The notes under the pieces: generated by a model
What the model saw: the letters and a program-made list of their open reading frames with translations, nothing else
Told to the model about the DNA's origin: nothing
The model's database searches: none
Source of the DNA: Bacteroidota bacterium
GTDB taxonomy: Bacteria; Bacteroidota; Bacteroidia; Cytophagales; UBA9547
Direction of reading: 5' to 3'
NCBI GenBank assembly: GCA_004293915.1
Contig: RDZG01000067.1
Coordinates: 9,401-73,400 of the forward strand
DNA length: 64,000 bases
Part shown: in pieces, positions 47,466 through 55,003 of the stretch
Numbering within the stretch: position 1 is the first letter of the stretch
Layout: every line of letters begins with the position of its first letter
Made by a program: the position numbers and the translations under genes

Positions 47466-47493
47466 AAAATGTATATTAAATTTCAAAAAACTA

Positions 47494-47751
47494 CTATTTA
47501 TATATTTCTTTTCTATGACCAACTGAAACTATTCTTATTAAAAGTTGGTTGCCGTGTACATCATAAATAATTCTATAAACACCAACTCTTATTCTGTATG
47601 TAAACTCTGTTCCTTTTAGTTTTATTGAACCCACGGGAAATGGATTATATTGAAGTAAATCTATCGTTTCGACAATTTTTATTTGATATTGTTTTGGTAG
47701 CTTTAGAAGATTTTTTGATGCGCTTCTGTCAATCTCAATAGAATAAATCAT
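47494..47751 (-). CDS. RelE/ParE-family type II toxin
   Basis: It is 85 aa: IEIDRSASKNLLKLPKQYQIKIVETIDLLQYNPFP.GSIKLKG....YRIRVGVYRIIYDV..NQLLIRIVSVGHRKEIY. This is the classic RelE/StbE pattern. Confidence 0.8.
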   Translation of the reverse strand: MIYSIEIDRSASKNLLKLPKQYQIKIVETIDLLQYNPFPVGSIKLKGTEFTYRIRVGVYRIIYDVHGNQLLIRIVSVGHRKEIYK

Positions 47752-47954
47752 TATTTCAATTTCAATTTCAATTTCAATGATTTTGTTTTGAATTCATCCC
47801 AACCAATAAAATCGTTTTTTTTGCGTACTGATTCTACTTCAATCATGTCCAAAAAATCTTCTAAATGACTACCCCATTTTTCTATGTTAATAGTGATTGA
47901 TTTTAACTTTCCCGAATCTGACCTATGTTCTTTTATGCCTGCTATTCTTGCCAT
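47751..47954 (-). CDS. Antitoxin (MARIAGI-type N-terminus)
   Basis: The ATG at 47954 is preferred over the TTG at 47978. Its stop overlaps the toxin ATG (TAATG). The C-terminal KLKLKLK is encoded by a hexanucleotide repeat. Confidence 0.65.
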   Translation of the reverse strand: MARIAGIKEHRSDSGKLKSITINIEKWGSHLEDFLDMIEVESVRKKNDFIGWDEFKTKSLKLKLKLK

Positions 47955-48027
47955 TACAATAGTATTTGTTTGTAACAAATATACTAAAAATAAAAAAATC
48001 TAAATATAAAAAGTAAACTTTGACATT

Positions 48028-48044
48028 TTAAAATTATAGTTTTG
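48028..48044 (-). promoter_or_regulatory. Conserved 17-mer upstream of TA module B (candidate promoter element)
   Basis: It is identical to 47217-47233 and lies 74-90 bp upstream of the antitoxin ATG at 47954. Confidence 0.25.
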
Positions 48045-48073
48045 GAAGTTTTTGTTTGGAAAGTGAAACTATT

Positions 48074-48184
48074 TTCTGCCCTTATTTAAGTTCTTCTCCA
48101 ACAAGCTACTAAAGATATATTTTCTCTTTTGATAAGTTCTTAATTACAATGTTTGTTGGTCAAGAAGACCAACAAAGGCGAAAA
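48074..48184 (+). repeat. Cassette-boundary repeat, copy 3 (111 bp)
   Basis: The outer arm of the left palindrome has diverged (ATTTAAG-TTCTT-CTCCAAC, 48084-48102). The right palindrome is intact at 48155-48173. Confidence 0.9.
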
Positions 48185-48349
48185 ATAGTTCCTACCCTTA
48201 ATTTTGGTAGAGAACTTAAAAGATTGGCTAAAAAGCATCGTTCAATTAAAGCAGATATTGACAAACTTGGCAAACAGTTAGAAGTAAACCCAACTATGGG
48301 TGATGCAGAAATAGAACAAATATGTGGGCTTTTTCTGTTTATAATGTAG
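48185..48349 (+). pseudogene. Truncated RelE/ParE-family toxin remnant
   Basis: IVPTLNFGRELKRLAKKHRSIKADIDKLGKQLEVNPTMGDAE resembles the N-terminal ~45 aa of Bacteroidota RelE/ParE toxins, then the similarity breaks off. The track ORF 48149..48349 gets its ATG from inside the repeat. Confidence 0.5.
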
Positions 48350-48444
48350 TCGGAGACTACAATTTATTTACTAATCCGTAGTGCCGCTTTGCGAACACGG
48401 ATATTGGATTAACAATTACCGATTCAATCTTCGCTTAACGGGGG

Positions 48445-49185
48445 TTAAAAACCATTAATATATTTTGTTAATAAATCTTTTTTAAAATCTATTGAAAAAG
48501 ATTCAATCAATTCATTTAAGTGAGATTCAGGTGAATATTTATCTAAAAATTCTTTTTTCAAAATTGTTTTAATTTTAATAATTTTGATTTCATCTTTTGC
48601 TCTTCGACTTCTATCATAATCATCTGCCATAGAATAACAAGAATAAAACCCACTATCCCCATAAGTTTTTTCTGCAAAAGAAGGATTGATTTTTTTTAGG
48701 TAAGGATCTTCACTTTGAGGGTAACTCGAAATAATCATAGCAAAAAAACTATCATCTTCGCCAAACTTCTTAGTCATTTGAGTAATAATTTTAGCATTAA
48801 TAAGCCTAGAATAAGTTTCTGAATCAAAATTCAAAACAATATTATTTGCTTTAATAGATATTTCGTGAATATTTGAAAGTAGTTTATCAGAAATCAATCG
48901 TTCAAAAGCGTCAGGGAATTTATTTATTAGATATTTGTTTTCGTTAGGGTCAAATTTACCAAAGTATGAAATTACATTATCATTAGTTAAATGAATAAAG
49001 TCATCCAACATGATTTTTTCTGATGATAAGTTAAGACTTGGTATTATGTTAATCAATATAATGTCATCTTTTTTAAAATTTATAAATGTTGAGTTAAAAA
49101 GATATTCTTTTTCATTAATTTTTATAGATCCAAATTTTTTATTCGTGAAAAAAAAAGTTATAGTGCCAATTTTTTTGTTAGTCAT
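48445..49185 (-). CDS. Hypothetical protein (246 aa) with weakly cold-shock-domain-like N-terminus
   Basis: Track ORF. GTITFFFTNKKFGSIKINEKEYLF is reminiscent of the CSD pattern GTVKWFN..KGFGFI. The rest is unrecognised. Confidence 0.5.
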   Translation of the reverse strand: MTNKKIGTITFFFTNKKFGSIKINEKEYLFNSTFINFKKDDIILINIIPSLNLSSEKIMLDDFIHLTNDNVISYFGKFDPNENKYLINKFPDAFERLISDKLLSNIHEISIKANNIVLNFDSETYSRLINAKIITQMTKKFGEDDSFFAMIISSYPQSEDPYLKKINPSFAEKTYGDSGFYSCYSMADDYDRSRRAKDEIKIIKIKTILKKEFLDKYSPESHLNELIESFSIDFKKDLLTKYINGF

Positions 49186-49274
49186 AAAATATTATTAATC
49201 AAATAAATTCAACACAATTGTTGTGAAACTTATAATATACTAAATATTTAAAAGCGTACTTATATGTACAAGAA

Positions 49275-49565
49275 CTAAACCGTAATTTGAATTTCTTTTA
49301 GTCTTAAAACATTAGTTTTAAATAATGGACCACCATTTATGGATATTTTTTTGTTAAATATGGCTACAACTTCTACATCTTCTTGAAAAAATAACTTACT
49401 AATTTCTTCAGAAGAATAAGTCCGGAAATATTCTTTCATGAAAAGTTCATTTGACTCTGAATTTGTTGGGATAATTGCTATTTCATCTATTCTTGCTCCA
49501 TTTTCATATTTTCCTAAAAGATGTAAGTTTTTGTCTTTTAAATTCAATGCTTTTTGATATTCCAT
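49275..49565 (-). CDS. Hypothetical protein (96 aa)
   Basis: Track ORF with an ATG start, on the same strand as its neighbours. I recognise no motif. Confidence 0.45.
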   Translation of the reverse strand: MEYQKALNLKDKNLHLLGKYENGARIDEIAIIPTNSESNELFMKEYFRTYSSEEISKLFFQEDVEVVAIFNKKISINGGPLFKTNVLRLKEIQITV

Positions 49566-49710
49566 TTATTAGTGTAATTAAGTTTTAGTTTTTAAAATTC
49601 AACTATTCAATATCCATTATCTCAAACCACTATATCATATAATTCCTAACAATGGCTTATACCACCAGTCTGTGTTTTGTGTATCTCAAGCAAAAGAATT
49701 AGTAAATGGA

Positions 49711-50415
49711 TTAAATATCTAATTTTGATTTGTTCAATTCTTGATTTGTTTTGATATTGTTTTGATTTTTCAAAATATCAGCGAGTTCGTTTTTATCTAA
49801 ATAATACTTGATATTCTTCTTTTCGATGTCAATTTCACAAAAGTATTTATGAGAATCATTAGATTTTATTTCCCATTTAGTTAATTTCTCATTTTGAAAA
49901 ACTGGGACTCCGTACTTTTCTTTATATATTTTCACGATAGGGTCTAATTCACTTTTGTTTATGTTTGGATGTATGTAACCAACTACATTTATACCACAAA
50001 GAACAGACTCCCATCCTTCTTTGTAGATTTCAATTTTTATTTCAATCAATTTAAAAGTATCTGATATAGTTTCAAAATATTCATGAAAATACCCATCAAT
50101 ATCACCATAAAAATTATAGCTGTAGCCATATTCAACGCCATTTCCTGAATAGTCAAAATCGCAATTCCTTGTGGTTATCTCAATAGATCCGTCTGAACGA
50201 TGATAATAAGCTGCAATTTTATTTGATTCTAAAAGTGTGTTTATATGTTTGTCATAATCTTCTTTCGACATTAATAGCCAAAAATCTAAAAATATTCTTT
50301 CATTATTTGAGTTAGAATTTGTAACATATACAGAATTTTCGGTATGTGTATTGTTTTTATTACATGAAATGAAACATACCACAAGTAATAATGTAATATT
50401 AAAATTCACTTTCAT
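49711..50415 (-). CDS. Putative lipoprotein (234 aa), unknown function
   Basis: ATG 50415 gives MKVNFNITLLLVVCFISCNK, a signal peptide with a lipobox-like FISC. The track start at 50448 is a TTG that abuts repeat copy 4. Confidence 0.55.
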   Translation of the reverse strand: MKVNFNITLLLVVCFISCNKNNTHTENSVYVTNSNSNNERIFLDFWLLMSKEDYDKHINTLLESNKIAAYYHRSDGSIEITTRNCDFDYSGNGVEYGYSYNFYGDIDGYFHEYFETISDTFKLIEIKIEIYKEGWESVLCGINVVGYIHPNINKSELDPIVKIYKEKYGVPVFQNEKLTKWEIKSNDSHKYFCEIDIEKKNIKYYLDKNELADILKNQNNIKTNQELNKSKLDI

Positions 50416-50460
50416 TAGTTTTAATTTAATTTCAATTCTATTAATCAAACATTTTGCGAT

Positions 50461-50570
50461 TTCTGCCCATCTTGGAGTTATTCTCCAACAAGCAACTAAA
50501 CATACATTTTCTTTTTTGATAAGTTCTTAATTACAATGTTTGTTGGTCAAGAAGACCAACAAAGGCGAAA
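50461..50570 (+). repeat. Cassette-boundary repeat, copy 4 (110 bp)
   Basis: The left palindrome variant CTTGGAG-TTATT-CTCCAAC is at 50471-50489. The right palindrome is intact at 50542-50560. It shares the extra upstream motif attttgcgatt with copy 1. Confidence 0.9.
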
Positions 50571-50595
50571 TATTTCTGTAATCCTGATTTTATGT

Positions 50596-50688
50596 TTAGG
50601 CTTCCAACTCCGTAGTTTTGATAGCAAAATAGGCTAAACCAATGATTCCGCCAATTATTAAAACTCCTACTACGATTAAAGGTAACAT
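50596..50688 (-). CDS. Possible 30-aa single-TM peptide
   Basis: My own translation is MLPLIVVGVLIIGGIIGLAYFAIKTTELEA. Its ATG lies 1 nt after the stop of the 79-aa gene (TAAAATG). Confidence 0.3.
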   Translation of the reverse strand: MLPLIVVGVLIIGGIIGLAYFAIKTTELEA

Positions 50689-50689
50689 T

Positions 50690-50929
50690 TTAGTTTAATT
50701 TTAAAATATTTTTACTAATAATTTGATTGAATATTACCAAAATACTCAATACTACAAACCATAATAATATTACAACTATCAATAAAACAGACTCATATAG
50801 AGATATTTGCCATTGATTTCTTGATATAACTATACCAATCGCACCCGTATCCAATACTAACAATGTGCAAAACAATTTAAACCATTCGTTCAATTGTTTT
50901 ATTTTTTCTTTTACTTGGTCGTTAGTCAC
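50690..50929 (-). CDS. Small membrane protein (79 aa, two predicted TM helices)
   Basis: Track ORF. The hydrophobic stretches are LFCTLLVLDTGAIGIVI and VLLIVVILLWFVVLSILVIF. Confidence 0.5.
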   Translation of the reverse strand: MTNDQVKEKIKQLNEWFKLFCTLLVLDTGAIGIVISRNQWQISLYESVLLIVVILLWFVVLSILVIFNQIISKNILKLN

Positions 50930-51065
50930 TATACAAATTTAATGAATTAAATTTATTTATCAATAATGTATTTCAAATTCCAATCCCGAAATTTTAAACC
51001 ATAATCCCAAAAAAGGCTCACATCCATGCAAACCTTTTTTAAATTTAAGATTAAAACACATTTTT

Positions 51066-53480
51066 TTACGACCCACAAGCCTCGCATCCTTCTGGATTAT
51101 CGAGCGAACAAGCTAAATCGGCAAGTTTTTGCTCTGTGCTTGTTACTGGAATTAAAGCTGGCTCGGCTTGTTTTTCTACTGTGAACTTTACAGCATCGGC
51201 AGCAGCAGTTGTTCTCAAGTAGTACATACCTGTTTTTAAGCCTTTTTTCCAAGCATAAAAGTGCATTGAAGTCATTTTTCCGAAATTTGGCTCGGTCATA
51301 TAAATATTCAAACTTTGGCTTTGGCAAATAAACGCACCCCTATCCGCACTCATATCTATGATAGTTTTTTGTTTAATTTCCCAAACTGTTTTATAAATAT
51401 CTTTGATGTTTTGAGGAATTTCTTTGATGTTTTGTACCGAACCATTGGCTGTCATCAATTTGTTTTTGATGCTATCGTTCCAAAGGTTTAGTTTTATCAA
51501 ATCTTTTAGTAAATGTTTGTTTACCACTGCAAATGCACCCGAAAGAACTTCTCGTTTATAAATATTTGAAGTATATGGTTCAAAACTTTCATTATTTCCC
51601 AATATTTGAGCTGTAGATGCAGTTGGCATTGGAGCCAAAAGCAACGAATTGCGAACGCCATGTTTTTTAACATCTTTGCGAAGTGTATCCCAATCCCAGC
51701 GACCAGAGTTTGGTGTAACTCCCCACATATCGAATTGGAAAATTCCTTTCGATACAGGCGAACCTTTTATGGTTTCGTACGGACCATTTTTGATTGCCAA
51801 ATCTTTTGAAGCTGTCATAGCAGCAAAATAAATGGTTTCAAAAATATCTTTATTAAGTCCTTGAGCTTCAGGCGATTCAAACGGCATACGCAACATAATA
51901 AACGCATCAGCCAAACCTTGAACACCTATTCCAATCGGACGATGACGCATATTTGAATTGCGTGCTTCTTCTACTGGATAATAATTTATATCAATAATCT
52001 TATTCAAATTTTTGGTTACATGATACGTTACATCATATAATTTTTGATGATCGAATTTTCCATCAATTACATATTTTGGCAATGCTATCGAAGCCAAATT
52101 ACACACCGCAACTTCGTCTGGCGATGTATATTCCATAATTTCTGTACACAAGTTTGAAGATTTGATGGTACCCAAATTTTTCTGATTCGATTTTTTATTG
52201 GCAGCATCTTTATACAACATATAAGGTGTGCCTGTTTCTATTTGAGATTCCACAATTTCAAACCACAAATCTTGTGCTTTTACTTGTTTGCGGTATCTGC
52301 CTTCACGTTCGTATTTTTCGTATAATTTCACAAAATCATCGCCATAAGCTTCGGCTAAACCTGGTGCTTCGTTTGGACAAAACAACGACCAAACATCATT
52401 ATCTTCCACACGTTTCATAAACAAATCGGGAGTCCAAAGTGCATAAAACAAATCTCTTGCACGCATTTCTTCTTTTCCATGATTCTTTTTGAGTTGTAAA
52501 AACTCAAAAATATCGGCATGCCATGGTTCCAAATATACTGCAAATGCACCTTTACGTTTGCCACCACCTTGATCTACATATCTTGCTGTGTCGTTAAACA
52601 CACGCAACATCGGGATAATACCATTTGAGGTACCATTTGTACCTTTGATATACGAGCCAGTTGCTCTAATATTATGAATACTCAAACCAATTCCACCTGC
52701 TGATTGCGAAATTTTTGCACATTGTTTTAATGTATCATAAATGCCTTCTATACTGTCTTTTTGCATCGTAAGCAAAAAGCAAGAAGACAATTGAGCTTTA
52801 GGCGTACCTGCATTAAATAATGTTGGTGTGGCATGTGTAAACCATTTTTCTGACATCAAATTGTAAGTTTCTACAACCGACTCTAAATCATCGCCATGCA
52901 CACCAACAGCCACACGCATTAGCATGTGTTGCGGACGCTCAACTATTTTACCATCTAATTTTAATAAATACGATTTTTCTAAGGTTTTAAAACCAAAATA
53001 ATCATAATTAAAATCTCTCTCATATATAATACTCGAATCTAATAAAGCAGCATTTTTACGGATTACTTCATACGTTTCTTTTGATAAAAGCGAAGCATTT
53101 TCTCCAGTTTTGGGATCTTCGTATGTATAAAGTCTTTTCATCGTATTTGTAAAAGACTTGCTTGTAAGTTTATGCAAATTAGAAACCGCAATGCGAGCCG
53201 CTAAAATGGCATAATCTGGATGACGAGTAGTAAGCGAAGCGGCTATTTCAGCAGCCAAGTTATCTAATTCCTGTGTAGAAATTCCATCATATATACCTGT
53301 AATTACCTTACGAGAAATTTCAATTGGATCTACAAAATTCATATCCAAACCATAACAAAGTCGTTCGATTCGAGCTGTAATTTTGTCGAATTTAACAGAT
53401 TCCTTACGACCATCTCGTTTGATAACGAGCATTGTTTTTTGGATATTTAATGTGGTTTGTTGATTTTCTGTTGCAACCAT
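51066..53480 (-). CDS. nrdA: Class Ia ribonucleoside-diphosphate reductase, alpha subunit
   Basis: It has an N-terminal ATP-cone ([16 protein letters not shown]), the catalytic segments SSCFL and NLCTEI, and a C-terminal CxxC tail (CEACGS). Confidence 0.95.
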   Translation of the reverse strand: MVATENQQTTLNIQKTMLVIKRDGRKESVKFDKITARIERLCYGLDMNFVDPIEISRKVITGIYDGISTQELDNLAAEIAASLTTRHPDYAILAARIAVSNLHKLTSKSFTNTMKRLYTYEDPKTGENASLLSKETYEVIRKNAALLDSSIIYERDFNYDYFGFKTLEKSYLLKLDGKIVERPQHMLMRVAVGVHGDDLESVVETYNLMSEKWFTHATPTLFNAGTPKAQLSSCFLLTMQKDSIEGIYDTLKQCAKISQSAGGIGLSIHNIRATGSYIKGTNGTSNGIIPMLRVFNDTARYVDQGGGKRKGAFAVYLEPWHADIFEFLQLKKNHGKEEMRARDLFYALWTPDLFMKRVEDNDVWSLFCPNEAPGLAEAYGDDFVKLYEKYEREGRYRKQVKAQDLWFEIVESQIETGTPYMLYKDAANKKSNQKNLGTIKSSNLCTEIMEYTSPDEVAVCNLASIALPKYVIDGKFDHQKLYDVTYHVTKNLNKIIDINYYPVEEARNSNMRHRPIGIGVQGLADAFIMLRMPFESPEAQGLNKDIFETIYFAAMTASKDLAIKNGPYETIKGSPVSKGIFQFDMWGVTPNSGRWDWDTLRKDVKKHGVRNSLLLAPMPTASTAQILGNNESFEPYTSNIYKREVLSGAFAVVNKHLLKDLIKLNLWNDSIKNKLMTANGSVQNIKEIPQNIKDIYKTVWEIKQKTIIDMSADRGAFICQSQSLNIYMTEPNFGKMTSMHFYAWKKGLKTGMYYLRTTAAADAVKFTVEKQAEPALIPVTSTEQKLADLACSLDNPEGCEACGS

Positions 53481-53661
53481 TTTCGTATTATATTATTAGG
53501 TATTGGGTATGTTTTTAATCTATGTATTATAAAATCTTTACTAATTTATGAATTCTTTGACAAATATCAAACGTTGTTGAGCTGAAATAATGTTAAAGTT
53601 TTCCACAGCACTATACATTTTATTTTTATTCGTTTTGTGGATAATTATTACATCTTATTTT

Positions 53662-54639
53662 TTAGAAATCAACTTCTACACTAAACTTATGATCTTCTTT
53701 TGCTCCCGAAACACCCGCTTTTTGATATTCTGCGACTCTTTTCTCAAAAAAGTTGGTTTTGTTTTCTAACGATAGCAATTCCATAAAATCAAACGGATTT
53801 TGTGAATGATAAAATTTTGCATATCCCAACTCTACTAACCAACGATCAGCAACAAATTCTATATATTGACTCATTAATTTTGCATTCATTCCTATCAAAT
53901 CAACTGGTAATGAATCGGTTACAAATTCTTGTTCAATTTTCACAGCATCTGTAATGATTTGATAAACTCGATCTTGCGAAAGTTTATTTTTGATATGATT
54001 TCTATATAATAAACAAGCAAATTCGCAATGCATGCCTTCATCTCGCGAAATTAATTCGTTTGAAAAGCTCAAACCTGGCATCAAACCACGTTTTTTAAGC
54101 CAAAATATCGAACAAAAACTTCCTGAAAAGAAAATTCCTTCTACGGCACAAAAAGCAACTAATCTTTCGGTAAAATTTTCTGACTCAATCCATTTCAATG
54201 CCCATTCGCCTTTTTTCGATACACATGGCATAGTTTGCAAGGCATTAAACAGTTTTGATTTTTCTGTAGGATTTTTTACATACGTATCTATAAGCAACGA
54301 ATAGGTTTCGGAATGTATATTTTCCATCATAATCTGAAAACCATAAAAACACTTGGCTTCTGGATATTGAACTTCGTTAAAAAAATTCATTGCCAAATTT
54401 TCGTTCACAATGCCATCGCTTGCAGCAAAAAACGCCAATACATGCGACACAAAATGTTTTTCGTTATTATTCAATTTATCCCAATCCGCCAAATCTTGTG
54501 ATAAATCTATTTCTTCGGCTGTCCAAAAACTGGCTTCGGCTTTTTTGTAAAAATTCCAAATATCGCTATTCTGAATTGGGAATAATACAAAACGGTTTGG
54601 GTTCTCTACCAACAGTGCTTCGTTTTTTTTGACAGACAT
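53662..54639 (-). CDS. nrdB: Class Ia ribonucleoside-diphosphate reductase, beta subunit
   Basis: It has the di-iron/tyrosyl radical motifs ([34 protein letters not shown]) and an acidic C-terminal tail ending in F. Confidence 0.95.
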   Translation of the reverse strand: MSVKKNEALLVENPNRFVLFPIQNSDIWNFYKKAEASFWTAEEIDLSQDLADWDKLNNNEKHFVSHVLAFFAASDGIVNENLAMNFFNEVQYPEAKCFYGFQIMMENIHSETYSLLIDTYVKNPTEKSKLFNALQTMPCVSKKGEWALKWIESENFTERLVAFCAVEGIFFSGSFCSIFWLKKRGLMPGLSFSNELISRDEGMHCEFACLLYRNHIKNKLSQDRVYQIITDAVKIEQEFVTDSLPVDLIGMNAKLMSQYIEFVADRWLVELGYAKFYHSQNPFDFMELLSLENKTNFFEKRVAEYQKAGVSGAKEDHKFSVEVDF

Positions 54640-54940
54640 AATATAGTATTTAATTAGGTTAACAAATTTTATATAAACTAAATTCAGTGTTCAATGCAGA
54701 AGTTTATATTTTTTTTGTTTTGCATGTAACAAGTTGTACAAATATTAGCAAAAAATAGATGCGAATCAAATGCGATGATTATGTAAAAAAATATAACTAA
54801 TGTTGAATTAATAAACTGGTTATTTGGATTTTATGCGTAATGCTTAATGTAAAACTTTGAGCAAAAAATAATTTTTTGTGTATTAAAAAAACTTATCTAC
54901 ACCCTCAATTATATTAGAATAATTATACAACTTTTTGAAA

Positions 54941-54982
54941 AAACAAAAAATCCATCAAAGGTTTCCATTTTGATGGATTTTT
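54941..54982 (-). terminator. Intrinsic terminator downstream of gene 55004..55825
   Basis: On the gene strand, aaaaatccatcaa / ttgatggattttt forms a 13-bp stem followed by TTTTTTGTTTTTT. Confidence 0.75.
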
Positions 54983-55003
54983 GTGATATATTTGGATATA
55001 AGC

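Noticed and set aside
48149-48349. Track ORF (66 aa) as a genuine gene
   Set aside because: Its ATG and first 12 codons come from the conserved repeat; the same MFVGQEDQQRR- reading is present but dead-ends in copies 1 and 4. Only the part after 48185 looks toxin-like, and that part is truncated.
46568-50570. Possible CRISPR-like or canonical integron attC array
   Set aside because: It is not CRISPR, because the repeats are ~111 bp and separated by 0.6-2.3 kb of protein-coding DNA. It is not canonical attC either. The palindromes read GTTGG-n-CCAAC (GTT outward) rather than RYYYAAC...GTTRRRY, the central ~50 bp is not visibly self-complementary, and no intI is in the window. It is kept as a non-canonical cassette-array hypothesis only.
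51010-51045. Intrinsic terminator for nrdA
   Set aside because: The candidate stem is almost entirely A:T (AAAAAGG/CCTTTTT) with a 16-nt loop. That is too weak to list as a feature.
46441-51078. ACCCACAA at 46441-46448 and 51071-51078 as a direct repeat bracketing the whole cassette array (duplicating the nrdA stop region)
   Set aside because: Only 8-9 nt match and the stop codon is not included. My rough estimate gives a substantial probability of such a match by chance.
53481-53661. NrdR box or riboswitch in the nrdB-nrdA spacer, and in the 54640-54940 region upstream of nrdB
   Set aside because: I saw only a partial half-site resemblance (CACTATACAT) and weak 5-bp stems. There is no B12-box-like sequence, which is not enough to call.
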